64,000 nt of DNA from Macrostomum lignano (GCA_002269645.1 NIVC01000546.1:186001-250000), one strand, 5' to 3'. Shown: positions 33,590 to 46,912, counted from the stretch's first letter. Notes: generated by a model not told the origin, from the sequence alone. Made by a program: numbers and translations.

Positions 33590-36500
33590 GGAAACCAGCC
33601 TCCCAGATCTTCAGTTGCTGGGCCAGCCTCCCAGAGTGTCAGTTGCTGGGCCAGCCTCCCAGATCCTCAATTGCTGGGCCAGCCTCCCAGATCCTCAGTT
33701 GCTGGGCCAGCCTCCCAGAGTGTCAGTTTCTGGGCCAGGCTCCCAGAGTGTCAGTTGCTAGGCCAGCCTCCCAGAGTGTCAGTTGCTGGTCCAGCCTCCC
33801 AGATCCTCAGTTGCTGGGCCAGCCTCCCAGAGTGTCAGTTGCTAGGCCAGCCTCCCAGAGTGTCAGTTGCTGGGCCAGCCTCCCAGAGTGTCAGTTGCTG
33901 GTCCAGCCTCCCAGATCCTCAGTTGCTGGCCCAGCCTCCCAGATCCTCAGTTGCTGGGCCAGCCTCCCAGATCCTCAGTTGCTGGGCCAGCCTCCCAGAG
34001 TGTCAGTTGCTGGGCCAGCCTCCCAGAGTGTCAGTTGCTGGGCCAGCCTCCCAGATCCTCAGTTGCTGGGCCAGCCTCCCAGAGTGTCAGTTGCTGGGCC
34101 AGCCTCCCAGAGTGTCAGTTGCTGGGCCAGGCTCCCAGATCCTCAGTTGCTGGCCCAGCCTCCCAGAGTGTCAGTTGCTGGGCCAGCCTCCCAGATCCTC
34201 AGTTGCTGGGCCAGCCTCCCAGATCCTCAGTTGCTGGCCCAGCCTCCCAGAGTGTCAGTTGCTGGGCCAGCCTCCCAGATCCTCAGTTGCTGGGCCAGGC
34301 TCCCAGATCCTCAGTTGCTGGCCCAGCCTCCCAGAGTGTCAGTTGCTGGGCCAGCCTCCCAGAGTGTCAGTTGCTGGGCCAGCCTCCCAGATCCTCAGTT
34401 GCTGGCCCAGCCTCCCAGATCCTCAGTTGCTGGGCCAGCCTCCCAGATCCCCAGTTGTTGGCCCAGCCTCCCAGATCCTCAGTTGCTGGGCCAGCCTCCC
34501 AGATCCTCAGTTGCTGGGCCAGCCTCCCAGATCCTCAGTTGCTGGCCCAGCCTCCCAGAGTGTCAGTTGCTGGGCCAGCCTCCCAGATCCTCAGTTGCTG
34601 GGCCAGCCTCCCAGATCCTCAGTTGCTGGCCCAGCCTCCCAGATCCTCAGTTGCTGGGCCAGCCTCCCAGAGTGTCAGTTTCTGGGCCAGGCTCCCAGAG
34701 TGTCAGTTGCTAGGCCAGCCTCCCAGAGTGTCAGTTGCTGGTCCAGCCTCCCAGATCCTCAGTTGCTGGGCCAGCCTCCCAGAGTGTCAGTTGCTGGTCC
34801 AGCCTCCCAGATCCTCAGTTGCTGGGCCAGCCTCCCAGATCCTCAGTTGCTGGGCCAGCCTCCCAGAGTGTCAGTTGCTGGCCAGCCTCCCAGAGTGTCA
34901 GTTGCTGGGCCAGCCTCCCAGAGTGTCAGTTGCTGGGCCAGCCTCCCAGAGTGTCAGTTGCTGGGCCAGCCTCCCAGAGTGTCAGTTGCTGGGCCAGCCT
35001 CCCAGATCCTCAGTTGCTGGGCCAGCCTCCCAGAGTGTCAGTTGCTGGGCCAGCCTCCCAGAGTGTCAGTTGCTGGGCCAGCCTCCCAGATCCTCAGTTG
35101 CTGGGCCAGCCTCCCAGATCCTCAGTTGCTGGCCCAGCCTCCCAGATCCTCAGTTGCTGGGCCAGCCTCCCAGATCCTCAGTTGCTGGGCCAGCCTCCCA
35201 GATCCTCAGTTGCTGGCCCAGCCTCCCAGATCCTCAGTTGCTGGGCCAGCCTCCCAGATCCTCAGTTGCTGGCCCAGCCTCCCAGATCCTCAGTTGCTGG
35301 CCCAGCCTCCCAGAGTGTCAGTTGCTGGGCCAGCCTCCCAGATCCTCAGTTGCTAGGCCAGCCTCCCAGATCCTCAGTTGCTGGCCCAGCCTCCCAGATC
35401 CTCAGTTGCTGGGCCAGCCTCCCAGATCCTCAGTTGCTGGGCCAGCCTCCCAGATCCCCAGTTGTTGGCCCAGCCTCCCAGATCCTCAGTTGCTGGGCCA
35501 GCCTCCCAGATCCTCAGTTGCTGGGCCAGCCTCCCGGATCCTCAGTTGCTGGCCCAGCCTCCCAGAGTGTCAGTTGCTGGGCCAGCCTCCCAGATCCTCA
35601 GTTGCTGGCCCAGCCTCCCAGATCCTCAGTTGCTGGGCCAGCCTCCCAGATCCTCAGTTGCTGGGCCAGCCTCCCAGATCCCCAGTTGTTGGCCCAGCCT
35701 CCCAGATCCTCAGTTGCTGGGCCAGCCTCCCAGATCCTCAGTTGCTGGGCCAGCCTCCCAGATCCTCAGTTGCTGGCCCAGCCTCCCAGATCCTCAGTTG
35801 CTGGCCCAGCCTCCCAGAGTGTCAGTTGCTGGCCCAGCCTCCCAGATCCCCAGTTGCTGGCCCAGCCTCCCAGATCCTCAGTTGCTGGCCCAGCCTCCCA
35901 GAGTGTCAGTTGCTGGCCCAGCCTCCCAGATCCCCAGTTGCTGGCCCAGCCTCCCAGATCCCCAGTTGCTGGCCCAGCCTCCCAGATCCCCAGTTGCTGG
36001 CCCAGCCTCCCAGATCCCCAGTTGCTGGCCCAGCCTCCCAGATCCCCAGTTGCTGGCCCAGCCTCCCAGATCCTCAGTTGCTGGCCCAGCCTCCCAGATC
36101 CCCAGTTGCTGGCCCAGCCTCCCAGATCCCCAGTTGCTGGCCCAGCCTCCCAGATCCCCAGTTGCTGGCCCAGCCTCCCAGATCCCCAGTTGCTGGCCCA
36201 GCCTCCCAGATCCCCAGTTGCTGGCCCAGCCTCCCAGATCCCCAGTTGCTGGCCCAGCCTCCCAGATCCCCAGTTGCTGGCCCAGCCTCCCAGATCCCCA
36301 GTTGCTGGCCCAGCCTCCCAGATCCTCAGTTGCTGGCCCAGCCTCCCAGATCCTCAGTTGCTGGCCCAGCCTCCCAGAGTGTCAGTTGCTGGCCCAGCCT
36401 CCCAGATCCCCAGTTGCTGGCCCAGCCTCCCAGATCCCCAGTTGCTGGCCCAGCCTCCCAGATCCCCAGTTGCTGGCCCAGCCTCCCAGATCCCCAGTTG

Positions 36501-36727
36501 CTGGCCCAGCCTCCCAGATCCCCAGTTGCTGGCCCAGCCTCCCAGATCCTCAGTTGCTGGCCCAGCCTCCCAGATCCCCAGTTGCTGGCCCAGCCTCCCA
36601 GATCCCCAGTTGCTGGCCCAGCCTCCCAGATCCCCAGTTGCTGGCCCAGCCTCCCAGATCCCCAGTTGCTGGCCCAGCCTCCCAGATCCCCAGTTGCTGG
36701 CCCAGCCTCCCAGATCCTCAGTTGCTG
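33590..36727. repeat. 3.1-kb intronic minisatellite, 28-bp unit CAGTTGCTGG(G/C)CCAGCCTCCCAGA(TCCT/GTGT/TCCC)
   Basis: SDR intron 3; explains the overlapping long ORFs with 28-aa period. Confidence 0.97.
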
Positions 36728-36951
36728 AGACGCCACCAACCGATCGTCGGCCCCAGCTCGTCGGCCTCAAGTAGAGTTGTAGTCGTCGCAGTTATTTAGC
36801 TTTCAGAGGGCTTTGGGCCCTGCTGCGAACCAATACGAGGAGGCAGGCAATCCTGCCCATATCGCTGACTCCAGAGCAGGCACTCATACAGAGTGCACAG
36901 CTGACTTTCGCACCGCCTGGCACCGCAAATTCCGCTGCCGCCCCCTTTCAG

Positions 36952-37060
36952 GGTGGTGCCAGTCAGCGTCTCTTACAAGCTGCTGAACTTCTTTGGCGTC
37001 TTCGACTCCATGGCCGGATTCCGTGGTCGCCAAGGCGGCGCCGACGCCAAGAAAGATTAA
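36952..37060 (+). CDS. SDR terminal exon (VVPVSVSYKLLNFFGVFDSMAGFRG...KKD*)
   Basis: CCCCCTTTCAG| phase 2; four exons total 942 nt = 313 aa + stop. Confidence 0.88.
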
Positions 37061-38835
37061 TATCAATTTGGGTAATCACGGATGACGCTTTTAAGAACAG
37101 ATGCTGCAGTCTACTTTTATACCAGCCCAGTGATTTTTCAATGATTTTTTTCAACATATTTCATACTGATTCAAACTTATTGAAAAATTGACAGCAGGAC
37201 AGCAGGTGACTCAACGGCTTGCTAGTATGTTGTATGGCTGTATTGCTTTTGCATATTATGCACTCGCTATTTGGCTTTTTTCAGTTCGAGGCTCGTGCGA
37301 TTTTAGCTCTAATTAAATTTCTAAATTTATAACTAATTAACTATTTCAGAATGTCTTGCAGATTTTGTGTTGTTTTTAGTAGAAATAGAAAATAAAACTG
37401 CTCCATAACTACTGCCGATTTAGTGTGCTTTTCTACACTTAGAAACACTTTACGCTTAAAAATAAAATATTTGTGTTCGTTTTTTGTATGACATTTTTTT
37501 CAAATCCAATACTTACGCAGCAGCTTATGTTGAGACTGAAATACGAAGAGTACATGTACATGTACATGTGTTGTGTTTATTGCTTATGTGGCCTGTCGAG
37601 AATCCCGAACTCAGGGGGCGGGGGGCAGTGTTGTTGATTTGGGATCTAGCTCATATTGTCCTTAAAACTAGATCAGACGGGTCATATGGTGGCAGAGCTT
37701 AGCTGGAGAAGCGCTAACCTGATCAAATTGGGCTTTCGTTTACGTTGTTGCTTTTTAGTTTCCCAACTTTGGTGTATATATAATCTACATACATGCATAT
37801 TACAGCATAGCATAGGCTTACAGTATGTTAATACATTTTAGGTTGTAACTTGTCAGGCAATATTATGCGACTTGTTATTGAATTGCTATAAAAAACAACT
37901 TGTCTGAAACTAAACTACCATTCTTTTGATTAAACTTCAAAAGTAGCAAATCTAGCAAACCCCGATGATTTCGCGAGACCGAACGATCCGATAAAGATCC
38001 CTCTCGATTTGAATAGAGTTGTAGCCGTCACACAGACCCTTTTCCACGAATTTTTTTGTCGGTTTTAGCAAATTTTACACAAATTACATGTGACGTTTAA
38101 AAATAGCTAAACAATCATTAGAGAAATTTACTACTTATAACAATTATAACTTTAATTTGTTAATATAGAAATACAACACTAAAATTATTTAGTAACATAA
38201 AAAATTACTCGATTGTTTTTTGTTTGGTTACATAACGACGATTTTAAATATATTTTCTGCGATGAATGTCAGAAATTTTGTTGAAAGAAAACTCAGCAAG
38301 CACTCGGACACTAATTTTATAACAAGAAGATAGAGTTTTAATTTTTTAGGTTAAGATTTAATCGATTTAGCGATGGCTCTCTATTGAGAAAAACCTACTT
38401 GTATTCGCTGTTTTTTGTGCAATATATTATCATATATATAATAGGGAGGAAAATCGCGGTGCACATGCACATGCACTCACATCCTGAGTCTTAAATTGAA
38501 TCCAGGATGCAAATTCGCAATCCTTTTCTTTTTTAAAAATATTATTGATGTGCGTTAAAGAAAAATATATATGCCCTAGCTTTTTATTATGTTTCCATCT
38601 AGATCTAGCGCCTTTCTTCCATTGCCCATCTATGTATGAGTAGGCCCTATGACAAGGCCTAGGGCCTATGGCTAGGGTCTAGCTTCTATTCTACTCTAGC
38701 CATTTGATCCAAGCAACTAATTCAAATTGATAAGAAAGACAAAATGCTAATATAATATGAATTTTATATTTTATAAACTGTTAGCAGTGTTATTCCTTAC
38801 TTAAGAATTCACAACTAGGGGGTCCTAATCCCGGG

Positions 38836-39697
38836 GGTTCCTGGACACTTCGTCATCTTACTACTTCGTCATCCACTCATATTTCTAAACACTTTGTCAT
38901 CTTACTACTTTGTCATCTACGATACTATTGTGGACACATCGTTATCTACTCCCTGGACACTTCGTCATCCACTTTGTCTGAAAAACTTATTGAATGAAAA
39001 GCTATAGGCCCTATATAACTTTGTCAGCTAAGTTGTATTGAGTAGTCATAAATAAAGGTGGCTACACTGAGGATTAACTAACTGATTAACTAACTGATAG
39101 TTAATGTGGATTAACTACGACAGGGGAAGAGCTGCAGAAGAGAAGATATCGCGATCAGTACAAAATTGAATTCTACTCGCGGTTTGAATACCATACAAAA
39201 TCTTGTAATCATACAGTGAAACAAAAATAATAATGAATTGTAAATTTGCATACCTGAATAGCAAAATTAAATACAACTTAAAAAATAAATAATAATAAAT
39301 ACTAAAAAATACACTCTTCATAAACATAATTAAATCTACATCGTTACAACTCCACACATGGTTGTGGAAGCGAAGCTATAATAAAATTACAATCAACACT
39401 TGTACACATACAGTGTGCATTTAGATGCCAATTATAGCGAGAAGTTGAATCCCTAAACATGTATTTAATCTTATATTTTACATACTATTGATTGAGAAAC
39501 AATTTACATGTATAAAAAACAATCAAATAACAATTTTACAGCTTTGCGAAATCTTGGGATGACGAAGTGTCCTCAAAATTTGGTCACTTTGTCATCTAGA
39601 TTTCTAACAATTTTTTTGTATGACGAAGTGTCCAAAAACCATGGTCACTTCGTTATCTAGATGACAAACTGGTAAGATGATGAAGTGTCCAGGAACC
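38836..39697. mobile_element. 862-bp MITE-like element, 26-bp TIRs, 8-bp TSD ATCCCGGG
   Basis: GGTTCCTGGACACTTCGTCATCTTAC matches the right-end reverse complement at 25/26; subterminal CACTT(C/T)GTCATC repeats. Confidence 0.88.
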
Positions 39698-39873
39698 ATC
39701 CCGGGATCCCAGCTTTTTGTTAGTGTTCAAGATCCCAGGATTAGGGGTACAGGATCCCGGTAAACACAGGATTGGAATTCACACTGCAAAAGTGAATATT
39801 TTTCGTCTTGTAGTTAGCACTTAATAGTTTTAAAAGAATTTTTACATCCTAAGTAAGAATGAAGTTATAAAAA

Positions 39874-40308
39874 GGCAGTTATTATTTGTCCGGTGACTGG
39901 ACAAATAGCCTTTTTTCTATTTGTTTGGTTAAATTGCTAACACAAGTATCTTATTTGTTTTGTGATGAATAGACCTATTCTTGTATACTGATTAATATTT
40001 TCTTGTATACTAGAGTGTTAAGCAAAGCAGTATATTATTAAATTCAGCATAATTTGGTGTATAAGACACACACAAATATAACAATAAATAATCAAGATAC
40101 AAGCAAGAAGTCTTTGAAGTCTAGGAATATTTACCCTTGTGGTTTTTATGAACTAGATATTTTAGCATTATCAATTTAACCGGACAAATAACAAAATGTC
40201 TATTTGTCTGGTATTAACCGGGTGAATAGGAAAGCATGGTCAGGATCCAATAACTGGACAAATAACCACATCGCTATTCGTCCGGTCACCGGACAAATAA
40301 CAACTGCC
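39874..40308. mobile_element. 435-bp MITE, about 36-bp TIRs starting GGCAGTT, 9-bp TSD TTATAAAAA
   Basis: TIRs with 3 mismatches; TSD at 39865-39873 and 40309-40317. Confidence 0.85.
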
Positions 40309-41585
40309 TTATAAAAAAGGGATAGTAGGCCTAGGCCTAGGATTATCAATCAACTGTATCAAGCACTACTAGTCATAGTCACTAGACTAATATTAAATAA
40401 GGGTCTAGTCTAGACTCTAGTCCAACTATCTATTGGCAATGGCCTAAACATTAGACCTACTGGCTTGAGCCCCTTTGTGGGGTGCAGGTGTAGCTAAAGG
40501 AGAGGAAAGGAGGCAAAAAAGAAGTAGTATAAGGATTGGATCTGAGCTTCTATCTGAGTCTCTATGTATATGTATGAGGTAGTCTATATTTAAGGGCAGA
40601 GATAGACACCAGTGCTGAGTGCAGCATATATATCTTAATTCAAAGGGAAAAGGTATAGTTTAGTATATATGTACAATTATATATAAATAATAAACATTGG
40701 ACAAAGACAAGAAAGCCAAGAAATAGAAAGTAAAAACCCAAATGATGCTCAAATTGGTTAAGAAATTTATTTTGTTGACAATGGAAAGGTTCCCATAAAT
40801 TTGTTTGTTTAATCCTAGGATTGGCCTAGGATCCTAGGATTAAGTCAATTTTTGTCTAGGATCTTGGGATTATAAAATGTCTAAGATTTGGAACCTCTAT
40901 TTACAACCTTAAATTATATTTTGGGATACACTTCTGTAATCTACTACGAGATATATACTGGGTTTATTTTTGTACACAGGGGTAGGCAGCAGCAGCTTGA
41001 AGGGTTAGCTCAAGCGCCTACAAGTCAGCAATGACTAATGAGGCAATCCATTAGAGTGAAAGTGCAGGCCTGGCCATGGTGCCATTGCATGGTTGGCCAA
41101 TGAAGCATGGCTAGGGTCAGAGAGACAAGTGCACCACAACCCAGGGTCCGTAGGCAGTTTTATAAGTTTAAGGCTAGTCTTCTTTTTAAAAAGACTATAA
41201 ATAAAATGCACAAAATGTTTAACCTATACTTTTGGATAATCTCTTTTTGATAAGAGAATTCTGGTATATATAAGGCCTAACTTTATACTTAAGCAAGTTA
41301 GAGAATAAGCCTTTGTGGCAACATTCAAGAATTATTTGCTAAACTTAAATTTGTGCTAAAGTTCATTTCTGATGAAAAAACAACTGGAAATAAACAAATA
41401 AACTTTGAATAAGTTGAGTCTAATAGGCCTCACTTAGTTGCTTGTGCTTAGGTCTATTCAAAGGATCCAATTTAATACATAATGTTAGAAAATATATTTT
41501 ATAAGTTGGCCCTATAGTAGGCCTACACCTTTTTCTAGAGGAATTCTTTGAGATGCTACTGGATGTCTGCCAGCCATGATTAGAA

Positions 41586-43378
41586 TGTCGCGACTTTCCT
41601 AGTCATTTCTTTAGTTCACCTTCACTTGTCTCTGTTTACTCCGTTTTCTCTCTTCTCTGTCCAGCTCAATCTTGTTATTCTTATCTCTCTCTCCCTTGCT
41701 GCCTTCTGATTGGCTCTCCATTCTCGCCTCTCTCTTCAGTCGCGCACTTCACCCCTCTCCTTATTATCTGGAGTCAACCCCCCTCTAAATTAGTCATATA
41801 AATATACTTGTTTGGGCCCTGCGCCCACTTACTGGCTTATCTTAGATTCAATTTAACATCTAATTTAGTTCTAGTGTTTTTAGTCTTATTTTCTCTACAT
41901 GGCGCCCAATGAAAAATAATTCAGTCAATACAGTAAGGCTGGCAAAGGCCATGCCATCGTCGTTGTCGTAGCCCTACACCAGTCATCTCGTCATCCCGTC
42001 ATCGACTCCTAATCGTCTCGTCTCTGCTTGCCGGCCTCTCAATCGTCTCGTTGCCGGCCTCTCAATCGTCTCCTCTCTGGTTGCCGGCCTCAATCGTCTC
42101 GTCTCTGCTTGCCGGCTTCTCAATCGTCTCGTCTACCGGCCTCTCAATCGTCTCGTCTCTGGTTGCCGGCCTCTCAATCGTCTCGTTGCCGGCCTCTCAA
42201 TCGTCTCGTTGCCGGCCTCTCAATCGTCTCGTTGCCGGCCTCTCAATCGTCTCGTCTCTGGTTGCCGGCCTCAATCGTCTCGTCTCTGGTTGCCGGCCTC
42301 TCAATCGTCTCGTCTCTGGTTGCCGGCCTCTCAATCGTCTCGTCTGCCGGCCTCTCAATCGTCTCATCTCTGGTTGCCGGTCTCGTCTTCGGAGTCGGTG
42401 CCGGCAGCATATTCACATTTCAACTCGGGCTGTCGGTCTCGTCTTCGGAGTCGGTGCCGGCAGCATATTCGCATTTCAACTCGGGCTGTCGGTCTCGTCT
42501 TCGGAGTCGGTGCCGGCGGCATATTCACAATTCAACTCGGGCCGTCGTCACGTCTTCGGAGTCGGTGTCGGCAGTCAATCTCACCGGTCTTTGTCAAACC
42601 TTCTTCACTCGGTCCCCTCCTCTCTTGTCAGTGTCTCCAGTTGTCTCTAGTCGTCTCCAGTTGTTCTTTTCATCAACTTGATTCTCATCTCATCTCATAT
42701 CTCTCATCTCAGCTCTCTTACTCAACTGACAATGTTAATGTTTTCTCTAAGCTGTACTAGCCATTTACAATTAAAAATTGCTAATTTTTAAGGGGGAGGG
42801 TGGATATATTCAGTCTTTTCAGTCTTCTCATTGGTTCAAAAACTACTCAATAAAAATCTAAGTTTAAAATTCGCTCTTAATATTTTGCATTCACTCTACT
42901 GTTTTTGTATTCAAATTCTTAGTCATTATGTATTTTTCAAATCGTTTTATACACCATTTATTGTGAATGTGTTTTTCAATTTAATTCGACCTAATTCTAA
43001 CTCATTAATTTCAATTGGTAATGGTACTCGAAAATTCAAAAAATGTTCCATTTTTTGGGGGGAGTGTCGCGACTTTCCTAGTCATTTCTTTAGTTCACCT
43101 TCACTTGTCTCTGTTTACTCTGTTTTCTCTCTTCTCTGTCCAGCTCAATCTTGTTATTCTTATCTCTCTCTCCCTTGCTGCCTTCTGATTGGCTCTCCAT
43201 TCTCGCCTCTCTCTTCAGTCGCGCACTTCACCCCTCTCCTTATTATCTGGAGTCAACCCCCCTCTAAATTAGTCATATAAATATACTTGTTTGGGCCCTG
43301 CGCCCACTTACTGGCTTATCTTAGATTCAATTTAACATCTAATTTAGTTCTAGTGTTTTTAGTCTTATTTTCTCTACA
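41586..43378 (+). mobile_element. Non-autonomous miniature LTR retrotransposon (TRIM-like), 314-bp LTRs
   Basis: LTRs 41586-41899 and 43065-43378 (TG..CA, one mismatch seen); TSD TAGAA; PBS TGGCGCCCAA (tRNA-Lys type) at 41900; PPT GGGGGGAG at 43057-43064; no gag/pol. Confidence 0.93.
42000..42570. repeat. Tandem repeats inside the TRIM: 23/30-bp GTTGCCGGCCTCTCAATCGTCTC(GTCTCTG) units then about 3.5 copies of a 56-bp unit
   Basis: Direct. Confidence 0.88.
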
Positions 43379-44818
43379 TAGAAATCTAACAAAAATCAAT
43401 AAATAGCAAAAATTTGAATCTTCTTTATGCCCCTCTCTTTAGGCCTAGTCTCATTAGTTAATTTTTCTATTTCTTTACCTTCTTTCTTGACTACACATAG
43501 CTATTTATCCCATTGACTATAGTTTGGAAGGTGACATGTATGCTAAGATTTCCTGGCATATAATATGGGTACTTGCCATTTTTCAGTATACATTAGCATA
43601 TATCCCAGTGTCATCTGTGTATATCTATATATGTTAAGATCAAATAAAGTGACTATATATAAAATATGCTACATGCATGCAACACTATCAATACAGATTC
43701 ACAAAACAAAGAATAATAAAAAACAATTTTAAATTTTGCACCCTAACAAATATTTTTTAATAATTTTCAGCAAAAAATTATTTGAAATACTTTTTTATAA
43801 TTGTCTTTTCTTAGTGCACATTGCAAAAGTGCATATTTTTTAGTTTAACCTGAATAGAATTTCAGGTTCAACATTAAGTGTACATAGTTGGTGTACAAAG
43901 AATGGCCAAGGCCAGGCCTAAAAGTAAATATTCTTTAAAAAATTGGTGTATAAACAACTTTAGACTTGGCATACAAAATTGGCATATTTTACATTGGCAT
44001 AAAATTAAAAAAATAGGTTTTCATTCTGGTGTACACCTGCAATGATCCAGACTCTGGTAGTGCAAGACAATGGTATATCATAATTTTTAATAAAGACTAA
44101 AGTATACCATTATGAAAATGATAAAGCATATATTTTAATTTAAGTACATTTTAGCTATATAAACTCCATAGTCAGGAAGGTAGCCTTTACTCATACCATG
44201 GAAATTCCAGCACACACAAGGGGTCCAAGATGCATTTGGCACACAATCAGTGCACATAGGGGCTCTATGATGATTTCAGTATGTAATCATAATGCATGCA
44301 AGGGGTCCCTGATGCACTTAGTGCATAATCATGACAGAGATTAAGATCTTTAGTGCATATGGCACACAACTTTTTTGGCAATTTTCTTGTAAAACATTAA
44401 TAAGGTAATCTAACTTGCACTTTAAAAATATATATTTTTAAAATATATAATCAAAGAAACTTTACATTAAGGCAAATAATTGGTTTATGGTATAAATTAG
44501 TGCCAGATCTATTAATTGCTTTAATACTATAATCGCTCATTCCCACTGCCATTAAATAAGACCAAATTTAATGTGATGTCTTATATGTCAACTGTACTGC
44601 TAACAATAATAGCTTGTGGAGTGTACATCAAGAAAGAATGCGCAGTGCACATCGTATTAATGGGCCGCATTATAAATTGCTTGCATTGCTTTATGGCTTC
44701 CTCCTGTCAGCAGTAGTTCGTCAAGTGGGATTGCAAGATTGGGAGAGCGCCAGAGAGTCTCAGTTCCAGCGCAGCCACCCATCAGCGCAGATCTAGAGTA
44801 GGCCCTTCAAATCATTGG

Positions 44819-45900
44819 ATGACGATGGCCAGCCGCTTGGACTCTGGCCTGGACGAGCGCCTGGTCGAGGAGGTGGAGGGCGGCGAAGAAGACGAGGACG
44901 GCGATTTCGCGTCAGGCGCCGAGGTAGCCGCAGATCAGGACGTCGACGCGTTCGACGACAATGAGCAATTCAGGGAGCAGCACGCCGTCAAAGTGATCCA
45001 GCGCTATTATCGGGGCTACAAATTGCGCAAAGATTTCGATCAGATGCGCGCCGATAAGCGCTGCTCTAGGCGCCTGGATCTTGGCGCTATTGGCGCCAAT
45101 AGCGCGCTAGACATGTCTGATAGCGCCGTGGACGTCACTGCTCTGAGCATTGAGCAGAAGCAGCAGCAGCAGACACACTCCAGCAGCAAATCCAAGAAGC
45201 AACAACAGCAGCGCCACCAGCATCATCCGAGGCATCAGCATCGGCACAATTCCCTTGACGACATCCTTGTTGGCAATGACGAAGCCTTCCTGGCCTGGCA
45301 GCGCAGCCTGCAGCCTTTGGGAGTCGGCGGCAATGAAAACACCGGAGGCGAAGGCGGCGGCATCAGCGGAGGCGACGTAACGGACGGCGATTCGCCCGGC
45401 CAGGATAGCGGGGTGCACAGCAGCGAGCAGCTGGTAGCTGCTGCGGCCTCCGCGTCCACCACCGTCGCTTCGTCGACGCCGTCGCGACCTTCGTCACATT
45501 CGCAGCAGTTTCACCATCAGCAGCCGCAGCGCCCGCCGCTAGTCAAGCGCTGCCACTCCTGCTCAGCCGCTGCCGCCGCTGCCGCCGCTGGCGGAGCATC
45601 TTCAACTGGAACTCTTCCGTCTGCTGATTTCCTGTCTTCTGCTTTGCCGCAAAAGCAGCAGACTCAGAAAGCGCAGACTGCTCATAATCATCTTCATCAT
45701 CATCAGCAGGCTCAGATGCCGCCATCGGCATCCGTCCCAGCCATGGTCTCGGGCGCCGTTGGCAACGGGAGCTCCCCAGCTGTTGCCGCGTGTCCCCGGC
45801 ACCAGCAGCAGCAGCAGCCGGCCTCCTACGCCTCTCACTACAGTCACAACGATCGAGTTCGAAAGAGAACCTATCGGATCGGTTTGAACTTTTTTAATAG
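44819..45900 (+). CDS. IQSEC: IQSEC/BRAG ArfGEF exon (IQ motif to Sec7 start); frame is open upstream to about 44717, so more 5' exons are possible
   Basis: AVKVIQRYYRGYKLRKDF IQ motif; DRVRKRTYRIGLNFFN; donor AG|GTGCGA phase 2. Confidence 0.9.
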
Positions 45901-46334
45901 GTGCGATTTTTAATTGCTTTTTTTAAACTCGTTGAAAATCGGGGCCCTGATTTTGAAACAGCGATGCCAGCTAGAGGGGAGGGGCGGTGAAGTTCAGTAA
46001 TATCTGCACCATGTGTGTTTACCAGATTGTTCGGTCTATAAAGGTGTCTCCGCTAACTAAATACTGTCCACAGCCACTTGGTATCGGCTGCCAATTATAA
46101 TTGGACTTTGCGCCTTGCTGTTAGTTTACATAGAACTTCCTCTTCTGAAACTTGAGGTTCAGTTTTAAACGCGGTCCAGTCCAATTTAATTCCAGGCTGT
46201 GCTGTGCTGTTAATTGCGAATATTATTTTACATGAATTCATTGTAGAGAGTTTGTCAAGATGAGATTTTAGTGCTGAAAATGAGCATTGGCTGTTTATAA
46301 AGTGGAGAGTAAAAGTATATAGGTAGATATAGAG

Positions 46335-46530
46335 AGTTAGATGGGTTAAGTGTACGGATATAGATATGTTACTGTAGAAAAGTAGAGGGGAGTAGGGGTG
46401 AGAAGTAGAAGGGTAGGATGGAGAAGTAGAGGGGAAGATGGAGAAGTAGAGTGATACGATTCTGGAGTAGAGGGATAGGATGGAGAAGTAGGCCTAGATA
46501 GTAGAAGAGGTGAGTAGAGAGAGGATAGAG
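46335..46530. repeat. Purine-rich degenerate repeat (GAGAAGTAGAGGG-like)
   Basis: IQSEC intron. Confidence 0.7.
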
Positions 46531-46665
46531 AAGTAGGTACAGATAAATGCGTTTGGCCAAGTAAGGTTGCTGCTGCTTGGCACAGTTTATAGTTATATTT
46601 AGTTAGTACCTGTCACGATTGCTCTGAATCGGTTGCGCAACACACCCAATGCCCGCTAATTCCAG

Positions 46666-46912
46666 AAAACCGGACAAGGGCATCCAGTTCCTGATTGGGC
46701 ACCACTTCATCCAGAACAGCCCCTCAGCCGTGGCCAGATTCCTGCTGCACCGCAAAGGCCTCTGCAAGCAGGTGATCTCCAATTACCTCGGCCAGTGCCA
46801 CGCCTCCGCCTTTGTAAACAGGGTGTGCGACCATTTTTTAAACGACTTCGACTTTGCCAGCAAGCCTTTGGACATTGCGCTGAGGGAATTTCTACAGTTT
46901 ATCGAGATTAAG
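46666..46912 (+). CDS. IQSEC: IQSEC Sec7 exon
   Basis: KPDKGIQFL, VARFLLHRKGLCKQVISNYLG, LDIALREF; donor AAG|GTATGC. Confidence 0.93.

Larger units (their letters stand above)
38816..40899. mobile_element. Old hAT-like non-autonomous element hosting two younger insertions
   Basis: Imperfect TIRs TAGGGGGTCCTAATC / TAGAGGTTCCAAATC; flanks TTCACAAC and TTTACAAC (7/8); subterminal GATCCC(A/G)GGAT motifs. Confidence 0.45.

Noticed and set aside
33574-36799. Long ORFs of 379-953 aa, and similar periodic ORFs at 14.7-15.9, 23.6-24.7, 28, 29, 30.7, 49, 52.7-53.8, 57, 59.4-60.3 and 60.7-63 kb
   Set aside because: Translations of stop-free tandem repeats, open in several frames at once and lying in introns of recognisable genes.
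31670-37060. SDR as MRPP2/HSD17B10, partner of the neighbouring TRMT10C
   Set aside because: The N-terminal membrane anchor, YCASKFAAVG and CPYYINTGMF mark SDR16C, not SDR5C1.
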